The notes beneath the pieces are model-generated. The model did no database searches. It had not been told where the DNA came from and was given only the letters and a program-made list of their open reading frames with translations. DNA of 64,000 bases from Candidatus Gottesmanbacteria bacterium. GTDB taxonomy: Bacteria; Patescibacteriota; Microgenomatia; UBA10105; UBA927. The stretch spans positions 8,460 to 72,459 of the forward strand of contig JAHFKN010000002.1 of NCBI GenBank assembly GCA_023245355.1, written 5' to 3'. Positions 1-9,176 of this stretch are shown here, in pieces; position 1 is the first letter of the stretch, and each line of letters starts with the position of its first letter. The position numbers were made by a program, and so were the translations under genes.

Positions 1-930
1 ACGCTCACCAGCGGAAAACCGGTGGTTACCGACATTATTCCGTTCGGCAACACCCGAAAAAATGACGTTCTTGGCATTGCATCCTCTCTTGAGCAGGGCT
101 CTGAACATTCCCTGGGAGAAGCAATAGGTACGTATGCAAAAGAACATGCAATCACCCGCAACAAAGTTACGAAGTTCCGGGCCATTGCCGGCCACGGGAT
201 CACCGGCAGCATTCATAAGACGTCCTACTATTTCGGAAACCGGGCGCTTATGAAATCTCAGGATATTTCCGTCGGATCCGCTGAACATGCGATGAGTTCA
301 CTGGAAAAGGAGGGAAAGACGGTCATGTTGCTGTCTGCTAACAAAACCATTCTGGGACTTATCGCTGTTGCCGATACGCTGAAAACCAGCGCAATAAGCA
401 CGGTTACCACGCTTACCCGCCTCGGAATTACCGTCTGGATGATTACCGGTGACAATGAACGTACGGCACATGCAGTAGCAAAAAGCGCCGGAATTACGAA
501 CGTGTTAGCCGGTGTGCTCCCGCAACAAAAGGCAGAAAAAATTACTGAGCTGAAACGCAATAAACGCAGCGTTGTCGCATTTGCCGGCGATGGTATCAAT
601 GATGCCCCGGCACTTGCCGGCGCTGACGTCGGAATTGCTATGGGAACAGGAACAGATGTCGCGATAGAATCAGCCGGAATCACATTACTGAACAAAGACT
701 TAAATAGTGTTGTTTCTGCGATAAAACTATCAAAACAAACACTTGCCATTATCAAACAAAACCTCTTCTGGGCATTTGCGTACAACGTCATACTTATTCC
801 GGTTTCCTCCGGTATTCTCTACCCGTTTACCGGCTGGTTATTAAACCCTGCCATTGCTGCGTTTGCCATGGCAGCAAGCAGCATTTCCGTTGTGGGTAAT
901 TCCCTTCGGCTTAAAGGGGCAAAAATATGA
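1..930 (+). CDS. Heavy-metal translocating P1B-type ATPase, C-terminal portion (5' end outside window)
   Basis: Reading frame is open from position 1. P-type/HAD signature VAFAGDGINDAPALA, then GIAMGTGTDVAIESA, then two C-terminal TM helices. Confidence 0.85.
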   Translation, partial: TLTSGKPVVTDIIPFGNTRKNDVLGIASSLEQGSEHSLGEAIGTYAKEHAITRNKVTKFRAIAGHGITGSIHKTSYYFGNRALMKSQDISVGSAEHAMSSLEKEGKTVMLLSANKTILGLIAVADTLKTSAISTVTTLTRLGITVWMITGDNERTAHAVAKSAGITNVLAGVLPQQKAEKITELKRNKRSVVAFAGDGINDAPALAGADVGIAMGTGTDVAIESAGITLLNKDLNSVVSAIKLSKQTLAIIKQNLFWAFAYNVILIPVSSGILYPFTGWLLNPAIAAFAMAASSISVVGNSLRLKGAKI

Positions 931-1424
931 GTTCTGATACCAAATTTATTTTCGGGGCGATTATCATAAGCGTTCTTATCATCGTTGGGGCAGCGGTAAC
1001 GTTAAGCCGTGATAATTCTCCCAAACGGGAAAATCTGGGAATTGCCTCGATGACTATCGACAAAAAAGAGGAAGATTTCGGCTCTATGAAGGTAAGCGAT
1101 GAAAAAACAGCTACGTTTACGATAACAAATACCAGCGATACGACATTACGGATTTGGGGAGTTTCCACATCGTGTAACTGCACGTATGCAACTGTCACGA
1201 TTGGCGGATCTGAAACGGGAGAATTCAATATGCCGACACACATGAGTAGCGCCATGAAAAATTGGGTAGGTGAGATTCCTGCCAGTCAAACCGCGACACT
1301 CAAAGCAATATACCGCCCGAAAATTATGCCTGTATTGGGCGTAGTATCCCGACAAATTCGATTCTCTACAAATGACCCCAAAAATCCTGAAGTTGAACTA
1401 TCAATAAAAGCGAACGTGTTATGA
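927..1424 (+). CDS. DUF1573-like membrane-anchored protein (SCxCT motif)
   Basis: N-terminal TM helix. Ig-like fold signature DFGSMKV...TNTSDTTLRIWGVSTSCNCTYATV...RFSTNDPKNPEVEL matches the DUF1573 consensus around SCGCT. Start overlaps the ATPase stop (ATGA). Confidence 0.55.
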   Translation: MSSDTKFIFGAIIISVLIIVGAAVTLSRDNSPKRENLGIASMTIDKKEEDFGSMKVSDEKTATFTITNTSDTTLRIWGVSTSCNCTYATVTIGGSETGEFNMPTHMSSAMKNWVGEIPASQTATLKAIYRPKIMPVLGVVSRQIRFSTNDPKNPEVELSIKANVL

Positions 1425-2257
1425 CCCTCGTAACAGGCATTTCTCTTATTACCGCGTTCTTTGGTGGCATGGTGGCACTGTTTGCGCCATGCTGTATTAC
1501 GTTTTTGCTGCCCTCCTACTTGGCAAATATTTTCCGCGAAAAAGGCCGCGTCGTATGGATGACGCTTATTTTCGGACTTGGTATCGCCACTGTATTGGTT
1601 CCCGTAGCCCTGGGAATACGCGCCGTCGGCAATCTGTTTTTGGACTATCACACACAAACGTATATCGTCGGAGGACTGTTTATGATGTTGCTGGGCGTTA
1701 TGGAAATTACCGGGCGGAAAATAACGCTCCCCATGATTCACCTGACCATTGATCTCAACAAGCGTCACGATCCGTGGTCGGTATATGTGCTCGGGATCTT
1801 TTCAGGTATCACGACCTCATGCTGTACGCCGGTTCTGGCAGGCGTACTCACGGTGAGTTTCCTTTCCGTAAACATGCTCTGGGCCGGCCTTGCAGGACTC
1901 TCATATGTCTTCGGCATGGTGACTCCCCTTGTCGTATTAGCGCTTATGTTAGAAAAAGTGAATTGGACGACCCTTCCTCAATTCCGCACCAAAACGGTCA
2001 GAGCATTCGGTAAATCAATTCTGTTGACCGATTATATTGCCGGCATTCTTTATATATTTGTCGGTATTCTGTTCAGCGTCCTGGCGCTGACGGGGCGCAT
2101 TACCATGGGCATGGCACAACCGCTGGAAACCAGCCTGGGGATATTCTGGGGTGTTGCTCGCTTCATACGCTCAATCCCCTACGGTGAATATTTCTTCGGC
2201 GCGCTGCTCATTACGGCGATAGTAATCCTGATTCAAAAAGAAAGGAAACAGTCATGA
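1421..2257 (+). CDS. CcdA/DsbD-family transmembrane thiol-disulfide transporter-like protein
   Basis: Polytopic membrane protein. Paired Cys in the first TM helix (ALFAPCCITFLLP) and a second Cys pair (TTSCCTPVLAG), as in the DsbD/CcdA cytochrome c biogenesis family. Translationally coupled to its neighbours. Confidence 0.55.
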   Translation: MTLVTGISLITAFFGGMVALFAPCCITFLLPSYLANIFREKGRVVWMTLIFGLGIATVLVPVALGIRAVGNLFLDYHTQTYIVGGLFMMLLGVMEITGRKITLPMIHLTIDLNKRHDPWSVYVLGIFSGITTSCCTPVLAGVLTVSFLSVNMLWAGLAGLSYVFGMVTPLVVLALMLEKVNWTTLPQFRTKTVRAFGKSILLTDYIAGILYIFVGILFSVLALTGRITMGMAQPLETSLGIFWGVARFIRSIPYGEYFFGALLITAIVILIQKERKQS

Positions 2258-3447
2258 ACAAACTTTTTTTCCGGTTGCCCAAAACACCCCCCGCTTCATT
2301 AGGGAAAATATATGTGTTTCTTTTTACAACAGGAGTCTTACTGCTGGGGTTCTTTTTAGGACGCAATCAAACGGGGCTCCTTTCTGCCGGTGATACGGTG
2401 TCAGTGCGTCAGCTGAAGAACATGATAGCAAAGGGAAACATAACGCTCATAAACGTTCATACGCCATATGAAGGAGAAATCGAACGGACAAACGCAATCA
2501 TTGCATTTGATAAAATTGTTGAACAAAGCAGTGCGCTCCCGAAAGATAAAAATGCGCCTATTGTCCTCTACTGCAAATCCGGGAGAATGAGCGAAGAAGC
2601 GCTGCTGACAATCCGTAAACTTGGCTACACCAATGTAAAACATCTTTCCGGCGGTATGGAAAAATGGGAACAATCCGGCGGAAAAATTCTGAACCTTTCG
2701 ACGCTTGAAGCCTCTGTTCTGCCGAAAGACGGAATTACCCTCCCCGTTACCTGGAAAGACATAGGACAAAAACTCACTCGGGCCGGTGTCATCAATTATC
2801 CTGAATTTAAAAAGGTTGTATCCATGACACCCGAGCAGGACAAAATACTGACTGAAGGGTCGCAGGATAACATAAACATTAACGCTGCCAATAGCCAGTT
2901 TGTTGTCGACGTTTTGTGGGCACTCGGATTAGCACAAAAAAGCATCGTCTATACGGACGGACCTTTGGGGAAAGAGTATGCGAACCAACAAGGAGATTTT
3001 GCGTCCACCGGGGGCTGGAATTTATCCGTGGGAAATGCAGTTAATTATCTGAATAAATTCGACATCGTATCACTTACTGCCGAACAGCAGATGAAAGTCG
3101 GTGAGATCGCCAAGAACGTATATCGTCCGTGCTGCGGAAACTCCACATGGTTTCCGGATTGTAATCACGGTATGGCGGCTCTTGCCGTCATAGAACTTCT
3201 GGTGTCCGCAAACATTCCGGAAAGCGATATATACCGGTACGTACTGGGTTTTAACAGCTTCTGGTTCCCGGATAATTATCTTACTGTTGCCACGTATTTT
3301 GCCCGGGCGGGCACCTCATGGAGCAATGTTGACGCCAAAGAAGTGCTGGGAGAAAAATTCTCGAGCGGAAAGGGTGCAGGAGAAATTTCTAAAAAAGTCG
3401 GCCCTCTTCCCAATCGCCCGACAACAGGAGGTAGCTGTGGAGCGTAA
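2254..3447 (+). CDS. Membrane-anchored rhodanese-domain protein with an uncharacterised Cys-rich C-terminal domain
   Basis: N-terminal TM helix. Rhodanese active-site loop YCKSGRMSEEA. C-terminal domain of about 250 aa carries CCGNSTWFPDCNHG. Confidence 0.65.
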   Translation: MNKLFFRLPKTPPASLGKIYVFLFTTGVLLLGFFLGRNQTGLLSAGDTVSVRQLKNMIAKGNITLINVHTPYEGEIERTNAIIAFDKIVEQSSALPKDKNAPIVLYCKSGRMSEEALLTIRKLGYTNVKHLSGGMEKWEQSGGKILNLSTLEASVLPKDGITLPVTWKDIGQKLTRAGVINYPEFKKVVSMTPEQDKILTEGSQDNININAANSQFVVDVLWALGLAQKSIVYTDGPLGKEYANQQGDFASTGGWNLSVGNAVNYLNKFDIVSLTAEQQMKVGEIAKNVYRPCCGNSTWFPDCNHGMAALAVIELLVSANIPESDIYRYVLGFNSFWFPDNYLTVATYFARAGTSWSNVDAKEVLGEKFSSGKGAGEISKKVGPLPNRPTTGGSCGA

Positions 3448-3453
3448 AACAAA

Positions 3454-4113
3454 TCAACTCCGGTTGATCTCTTTTTGAAGCTGTGTAAAATCACGGACAA
3501 TAAGCAATCTGCCGCGGGTAGAAAGCAATCCCTTTTTTACCAGTGTTTCTACCTGTAAGCTGGCTGTTTCCCGGGTGGTACCGATCCACGAGGCAATTTC
3601 CCTATGTGTCAGCGGGATTTTCAGCGCAATCCCCTCTTTTGTTTTTTCTCCGAAATTCTCGGCGTAATAGAGAATCAGAAGTATCGTCTTCGTGTATGCG
3701 TCATCAAGTACCAACTGAGCGACGCGGCTCACAAATCCTGAAAGCCCCAACGCCAACCGCTGAGTCGCATAAAACAATGCCTCAGGATGAGTCCTCAAAA
3801 ATTCGACAAACACCTCTTTCGGGGCGCGCGCGACATTTACCGGTGTCATGGCTTCGAAATGATAGATGTTGGGCGTATCATTTAGTATCCAGGTAAGCGG
3901 AAAAAACGATCCGGGCTTATAAATATGGACGATAAACGTCTCGCCCGACGGCGAAAGAAGATATTGCCGTACATAGCCGCTTTGCAGGTAATATACCCCG
4001 AACGGCGCGTCCTCTGCCCGCAAAATAAACTCACCCTTTTTATACGCCATCGGCGGGTAGCTTACAAAAAATGTCTCGATATTTTTTATCGCCTGGGGAT
4101 CAGTTTTTGCCAT
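3454..4113 (-). CDS. Crp/Fnr-family transcriptional regulator
   Basis: cNMP-binding beta-barrel region plus a C-terminal HTH (REIASWIGTTRETASLQVETLVKKGLL). Divergent from the VKOR gene. Confidence 0.8.
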   Translation of the reverse strand: MAKTDPQAIKNIETFFVSYPPMAYKKGEFILRAEDAPFGVYYLQSGYVRQYLLSPSGETFIVHIYKPGSFFPLTWILNDTPNIYHFEAMTPVNVARAPKEVFVEFLRTHPEALFYATQRLALGLSGFVSRVAQLVLDDAYTKTILLILYYAENFGEKTKEGIALKIPLTHREIASWIGTTRETASLQVETLVKKGLLSTRGRLLIVRDFTQLQKEINRS

Positions 4114-4185
4114 ATCTCACAATGAGTATACTCCTCCATGTCACAATTCTTATGTATTATAGATCACATATATTTTACCAAATAT

Positions 4186-4202
4186 ATGTATACTGAATAC
4201 AT
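4186..4202. promoter_or_regulatory. Perfect palindrome ATGTAT-ACTGA-ATACAT overlapping the VKOR start codon
   Basis: 6-bp inverted repeat with a 5-nt spacer. The last three bases are the ATG at 4201. Lies in the divergent Crp/Fnr-VKOR intergenic region. Confidence 0.35.
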
Positions 4203-4644
4203 GCCTAAAACAGCCTCTGATACGAAATCGAGAAATCTTAACCGCATCATATTTTTCCTCTCACTCTTGGGCATCGTCATGGCCATTTATGTACTGCAAA
4301 GTTTCATACGGAAAACCGGCATCGTGTGCGTCACGAGCGGATGTGAACTGGTGCGGAAAAATCCGGCGAGTTATCTCTTCGGCGTTATCCCCGTCCCCGC
4401 GGTCGGCTTAGTAGGATATTCCATCATCGCATTCTTAGCATTCTTACGTACCTCCAAAAGCAAGTCATGGATGCTCAAAGGCATGCTTGGCATGGCGACA
4501 TTCGGAGTCGCATTCGTTTCATGGTTCACGTATACGGAAATCTTTATTATCAAAGGCGTCTGTACATGGTGTGCACTCTCCGCGGTAAACATGGTTGTCA
4601 TCTTCCTGTTGCTCCTCAAAAGTCATACACTACAGAATAGATAA
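4201..4644 (+). CDS. Vitamin K epoxide reductase (VKOR)-family protein
   Basis: Four TM helices, a loop Cys pair (CVTSGCELV) and a TM CxxC (CTWCAL). The ORF track starts at 4138, but MPKTAS at 4201 is the more plausible start. Confidence 0.6.
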   Translation: MPKTASDTKSRNLNRIIFFLSLLGIVMAIYVLQSFIRKTGIVCVTSGCELVRKNPASYLFGVIPVPAVGLVGYSIIAFLAFLRTSKSKSWMLKGMLGMATFGVAFVSWFTYTEIFIIKGVCTWCALSAVNMVVIFLLLLKSHTLQNR

Positions 4645-4664
4645 CCAGAAAAAGGAGGCTGCCT

Positions 4665-5420
4665 ATGTTTGATTTATCCAATAAAGTTGCGCTTGTTACC
4701 GGAGCATCAAGCGGCATGGGAAGAGCTACTGCCATCGCTCTGGCTAACCAGGGAGCTCACGTTGTCGCCGCAGCCCGGCGCATGGAAAAACTCGAAGCAG
4801 TTGTCGCTGAAATACGGTCCCGGGGAAAAGAAGCGCTTGCAGTACAGATGGATGTGACAAAACGCGCGGACGTTGATGCGGCAGTCGCCATGGCTGTCAA
4901 AACATTCGGGAAACTCGATATTCTCGTTAATAACGCCGGGTACTTAGACTACTCCCCTTTCCTGGATATGAAAGAGGAAGCGTGGGATAAAGTCATCGAT
5001 ACGAATCTCAAGGGATATTTTTATGCCGCGCAGGCGGCAGCCCGGGAAATGACAAAAACCAAATGGGGCCGGATTATCAACATTGCATCAATCGGCTCCG
5101 GAGGGGTGGGAGTCGGCTTTCCTATGATATCCCACTACTGTGCAAGTAAAGGCGGCGTCATTGGCCTTACAGAGGCTCTGGCAGGAGAATTAGGAGCAAG
5201 CGGCATCACGGTAAATGCCATCGGGCCCGGAGGTGTTGATACGGAAATGACCAAAGGAACGACGGAAGAAGCAAAAAAAGGTATGACAGCGAGGCTGCCC
5301 ATCAAGCGATTCGGCACACCGGAAGAAATTGCCGCAGCGGTTGTATACTTTGCTTCCGAAGAGGCCGCATACACGACAGGCGCAACCTTGTATGTAGACG
5401 GCGGCTGGCTTGCGACCTGA
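4665..5420 (+). CDS. SDR-family oxidoreductase (FabG-like)
   Basis: TGASSGMGRATA Rossmann motif, NNAG, and catalytic YCASKGG. Confidence 0.85.
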   Translation: MFDLSNKVALVTGASSGMGRATAIALANQGAHVVAAARRMEKLEAVVAEIRSRGKEALAVQMDVTKRADVDAAVAMAVKTFGKLDILVNNAGYLDYSPFLDMKEEAWDKVIDTNLKGYFYAAQAAAREMTKTKWGRIINIASIGSGGVGVGFPMISHYCASKGGVIGLTEALAGELGASGITVNAIGPGGVDTEMTKGTTEEAKKGMTARLPIKRFGTPEEIAAAVVYFASEEAAYTTGATLYVDGGWLAT

Positions 5421-5476
5421 GGAATCCCTGCTCATTCACCTCTTATTCATACGCAGAACTATATTTCAGCGTGGCG

Positions 5477-6148
5477 TTACAGATAGAGCGCGACGGTCAT
5501 ATTCCAGAATATATGGATCAATATAGGAGCCACAAGAGATCCCGTATTATACAGAAGCAGCGCGTTGGCAAAAGCCAAAATAAAATCCGTTACGAAAAAA
5601 AGCAACAATGCTGACCCCTGCAGTTTTAAGGAAAATGCCAGAATCGGTATATGCAGCACGACAAACATAAGGGCGGAAAGTGTCGCTGAGTATATAAGCC
5701 CCTTCTTCCCCTCCATGAGTCTCGAAAAGACAAATCCGCGGCTCAGTACTTCTTCCGAAAAAGCGGTTGCGGCAGAAAGCAGAATCAGCATACCCATGCC
5801 ATACTGTTCAAAAGCGGCAATCGGCATAATCTCAATTTTGCCGTATTTGATGGCATTAGCTGCCAGTCCTTCCAGTGCAAACACGAAGCCGAACCCTAAT
5901 CCGATATACACGCTGGTGAAGAAATTCTTGCCGGATAACCCGATGGAAGCAAGTGAGCGCTTCTCACGGTTTCTCACGTACCAAAGGACGGGAAGCACAA
6001 ATATCATGGGCTTAAAAATAAATTCATCTGCCCATTCGGGTAACTGGAAAAAATACCGGTAGAGCGCCCATGCAAGGACAATCCACCCCCATACCCGATA
6101 TGTAGATTCCACCAAACTTATAGGAGATACCGCAGTTATTTTTTTCAC
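5477..6148 (-). CDS. CPBP (CAAX) family intramembrane metalloprotease
   Basis: Motifs EEVLSRGF, FVVLH and HIFWN in a polytopic membrane protein. Confidence 0.7.
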   Translation of the reverse strand: MKKITAVSPISLVESTYRVWGWIVLAWALYRYFFQLPEWADEFIFKPMIFVLPVLWYVRNREKRSLASIGLSGKNFFTSVYIGLGFGFVFALEGLAANAIKYGKIEIMPIAAFEQYGMGMLILLSAATAFSEEVLSRGFVFSRLMEGKKGLIYSATLSALMFVVLHIPILAFSLKLQGSALLLFFVTDFILAFANALLLYNTGSLVAPILIHIFWNMTVALYL

Positions 6149-6163
6149 TCTATTAGTACGATA

Positions 6164-6685
6164 CTAGCTGGAACTACCTGTTGCAAGCACGACTTTTACG
6201 GGGTGCTTCCTCGGCCTGGTTTGGTCTACAGCCTCGGTCATCGTTACGATAATCATATCGATGATACGTTTGGCTTCCTCAAGCGTTAACCGCCTGACAT
6301 TATGGGGGAAATAATGAAACACCAGATTACGCCCCTGCTTCCATGTCATCCAAACGGCATCTGCCAGCGACGGACTATATTGCTTTGCAATTGCACTGTA
6401 CGCGCTTCTGCTGCCCAAGCGGCGTATAAGATTCGGACTCAGCACCTTTCCGAGACGAAAATGCGTACTCATATACTCCCGTTCGGTGATGATGGAAAGG
6501 TCCCGGAATAGTTCCTTAAGAAATCCCTCATACAGCTTGGCAAACGGAAACACGAGATATGAATAATCGCTCAGATGCTCATTAGGATGATTTTGTCTGT
6601 CTTCTACCAATAATTGCCCGTCTACTGCCAGCTGCCGCTGTGTCAGACTCATATACTGCCACAAAAGAGATCCTTCTTTGATCAT
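6164..6685 (-). CDS. Hypothetical protein (possible HEPN-like Rx4H motif)
   Basis: ORF with coding-like composition. Contains RNLVFH. No confident family assignment. Confidence 0.4.
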   Translation of the reverse strand: MIKEGSLLWQYMSLTQRQLAVDGQLLVEDRQNHPNEHLSDYSYLVFPFAKLYEGFLKELFRDLSIITEREYMSTHFRLGKVLSPNLIRRLGSRSAYSAIAKQYSPSLADAVWMTWKQGRNLVFHYFPHNVRRLTLEEAKRIIDMIIVTMTEAVDQTRPRKHPVKVVLATGSSS

Positions 6686-6688
6686 AAA

Positions 6689-7150
6689 TCAGCGGATAAA
6701 AATGAGTGTTTCAGTAAGAAAAACCACGGCGGATACGATAAGAATAAGCCGCTGTGAAGAAGGAGACACCGGACCCGCAACCATGCGGTACCAGCTGTTT
6801 ACATTGCCAGTAACCTTCCACTCTCCTATCTGCCAGAGCAGCATCTGAAGATACAAAGACAGCACGAGTCCGCTCCCGATTGTTCCGGTAGAACTGGTTA
6901 CCACAAAAAACGCGACTGCGGCAAACAACGCGCCGAATACCACAGACCGAAACGGCGACGGGTTCAGGGCAAAAAATATTTCAGCGGCGTCCAGAAAATA
7001 TATACCAAGTGCCCCTCCTGCAAAAAACCAAAGCGCATCGAGCGACGGATGAAGTACCCATTTTGCCAGCACGATAATCAGCAGATATATAAGCGAAATA
7101 TAGACAAATATCCGTGGTTTTTGCCGAAGCACCGCTTTCACGTTATCCAT
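6689..7150 (-). CDS. Hypothetical polytopic membrane protein
   Basis: Four predicted hydrophobic helices. Tightly spaced with the flanking genes on the minus strand. Confidence 0.4.
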   Translation of the reverse strand: MDNVKAVLRQKPRIFVYISLIYLLIIVLAKWVLHPSLDALWFFAGGALGIYFLDAAEIFFALNPSPFRSVVFGALFAAVAFFVVTSSTGTIGSGLVLSLYLQMLLWQIGEWKVTGNVNSWYRMVAGPVSPSSQRLILIVSAVVFLTETLIFIR

Positions 7151-7178
7151 GTATATATATTCTAATGCAGAAGCCTGC

Positions 7179-7442
7179 CTATTGAGAAGCGGCTTGCCGC
7201 AACTCCTTCATTTTCCACATAAATAATTTACCTTTACTTGTCGCTCTGGCATCCTTCACGAAAGACAGTGCTTTTTCGAGTATCGCCCGGGGCACGGTTT
7301 TTGCCAGGCGTATATACAGCGATTTATGTTTATAATCTCCCAGTGTTTCTGCAAGATAAATGCCGTATGCCTGAAACTCGCGGGATATGTATTTATCCTC
7401 TACGGGATTAAAAGAAGAAAGAATTGTTCCGATTTTTTGCAT
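7179..7442 (-). CDS. Hypothetical small protein
   Basis: 87-aa ORF directly downstream of pth with a 2-nt gap. No recognisable motif. Confidence 0.35.
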   Translation of the reverse strand: MQKIGTILSSFNPVEDKYISREFQAYGIYLAETLGDYKHKSLYIRLAKTVPRAILEKALSFVKDARATSKGKLFMWKMKELRQAASQ

Positions 7443-7444
7443 GG

Positions 7445-8035
7445 TTAATTAAATCTGTTCATGGCCTTATCAATGCCCTTAAACAGGCCGACCCGCACTG
7501 CCTCTACCCCATGCTGGACGAGATGCTTAAACTCTCCCGCCTCACTTCGACCGAACTTTGACAACACAAAGCGGATAACCGATGACTGATGAAGCTGCCG
7601 GTCGGCAACGACCGTTCCGCCGCTTTTGATTTTGCCGATCCCCAAACGGATCCGTACAAATTTATCACTTCCTAATTCCCGGATAACGGAATCTATACCG
7701 TGATGTCCGGCGGAAGCCCCCCCTACCCTGATGCGTATTTTTCCGAGCGGTAAATCAAGGTCATCGTGCACCACCCATATATCTTCCGTTTTCATTTTAT
7801 AAAACGCGGCGACACTTTTCACTGCGACGCCGCTGGCATTCATATATGTTTCCGGCTTAAGAAGGATGACCTCCCCTGCCCGTGCAATACCGGCTTTATG
7901 CTTTGCGGAAGCCTCCCACTTTATGTCCGCGCCTCCCAACTCATGCGCGAGTTTTTCAACAACCATAAATCCTACGTTATGACGGGTATCCTGATATTTT
8001 TCTCCCGGATTTCCGAGGCCGACAATTAATTTCAT
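7445..8035 (-). CDS. pth: Peptidyl-tRNA hydrolase
   Basis: MKLIVGLGNPGEKYQDTRHNVGF N-terminus and overall Pth family similarity. Confidence 0.9.
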   Translation of the reverse strand: MKLIVGLGNPGEKYQDTRHNVGFMVVEKLAHELGGADIKWEASAKHKAGIARAGEVILLKPETYMNASGVAVKSVAAFYKMKTEDIWVVHDDLDLPLGKIRIRVGGASAGHHGIDSVIRELGSDKFVRIRLGIGKIKSGGTVVADRQLHQSSVIRFVLSKFGRSEAGEFKHLVQHGVEAVRVGLFKGIDKAMNRFN

Positions 8036-8078
8036 ATGCGTTTTGATAGCCCTTTCTTACTATCTAACTATATACTAA

Positions 8079-8750
8079 TTATGTGAGCATTGCGATCACT
8101 TCTTCGTCCGTAACCTGCGGGAATGACTGATAGTAATCACTCACTGCCGCCAGTGACTGCGCCTCATGATACACGACAAGTTCGTCAACTTCAGGCGTAA
8201 GCATCATGACTGCTTCTTTTGAGGCTATGGGGGTTGCGACAATAATCGTTCTCGCCTTTTTCTTTTTTGCCCAACGGACTGCCGTTTCCAGAGTCTTTCC
8301 TGTCGCGGCTCCGTCATCAACAAGAACAACGTTTGCTCCCTCTATACCGAACGGTTTATTGCGTTTACGGTACAGGCGTGTCTGCGTACGTATTTCCCGG
8401 GTTAAACGGCCGATCTCACGCATCACGTACGACTCATCGGCGCCGACGCGTTGGGCTACTCCCCATTCCACCAGCAAAACACCATCCTGTGTAACTGCCC
8501 CGAGAGCAAACTCCGGATTCCCGGGTCCTGAAAGTTTCTTTATGACTAACACGTCAACCGGTACGGATAATTTCTTAGCGACGACGGAGGCTGTTACGAC
8601 TCCCCCTCTTGCAAGCCCGAGAATACGCGGGGTCGTCCGCGATTTTTCAGCCAGCTTTTCTGCAAGAAGCATTGCAGCATGTATTCTGTCTTTGAATAAC
8701 ACGTGATTAGCACCCGTCTTTTCCATACCGTCACTCACTCCAGGTGCCAA
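8079..8750 (-). CDS. Predicted phosphoribosyltransferase (type I PRTase fold)
   Basis: PRPP-binding loop VVLVDDGAATGKTL. The start may be the internal MEKTG at 8726. Confidence 0.6.
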   Translation of the reverse strand: MAPGVSDGMEKTGANHVLFKDRIHAAMLLAEKLAEKSRTTPRILGLARGGVVTASVVAKKLSVPVDVLVIKKLSGPGNPEFALGAVTQDGVLLVEWGVAQRVGADESYVMREIGRLTREIRTQTRLYRKRNKPFGIEGANVVLVDDGAATGKTLETAVRWAKKKKARTIIVATPIASKEAVMMLTPEVDELVVYHEAQSLAAVSDYYQSFPQVTDEEVIAMLT

Positions 8751-8776
8751 TCATGTGTTGATCAACACATAATGGA

Positions 8777-9106
8777 TTACTTACCCATTTTTGCCAATTG
8801 CTTTTCAGCAAGGTCTCCGACGTACGGAACTTTGTACATCTCTCCCTGGAACGCTTTCCACATACATACGATCCACAGGATAAATGTCGTAAAGCTCAGC
8901 AACAATCCGAGGAGCCATCCGATTATCGGAAGGAATCCGAGCACTATATTCGCAACAAACACTCCGCCGAACAATATCGTGGACTGCATTGCGTGAAAGC
9001 GCACGAATTTACTCTGCTTTTCCAAAAGCAGCATGATAATACCGGTGACAAATCCCAAGAGATAACTCACCGCTCCCATCAAATTCTCATTTCCTTTATC
9101 TGCCAT
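8777..9106 (-). CDS. DUF4870-like small membrane protein
   Basis: GAVSYLLGFVTGIIMLL...FHAMQS motif plus a further TM helix. Confidence 0.5.
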   Translation of the reverse strand: MADKGNENLMGAVSYLLGFVTGIIMLLLEKQSKFVRFHAMQSTILFGGVFVANIVLGFLPIIGWLLGLLLSFTTFILWIVCMWKAFQGEMYKVPYVGDLAEKQLAKMGK

Positions 9107-9176
9107 TTTATTCTCACCTCCCTTTCTATTTTTACCATACCATGTTTTTTTTCAATGCGTCAATCGCTGCTGATGC

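Noticed and set aside
258-791. Antisense and overlapping ORFs from the six-frame track (e.g. 258-791 minus, 1286-1768 minus, 8206-8706 plus, 16197-16496 plus, 21011-21307 plus, 35030-35230 minus, 52238-52480 minus)
   Set aside because: They lie wholly inside well-supported genes on the opposite strand or in an alternate frame. They lack start context and have biased Arg/Ser/Cys-rich composition typical of shadow ORFs.
4126-4185. Crp/Fnr-type binding site (TGTCACA ... TCACAT)
   Set aside because: The half-sites are about 20 bp apart rather than 6, so it does not fit the TGTGA-N6-TCACA geometry.
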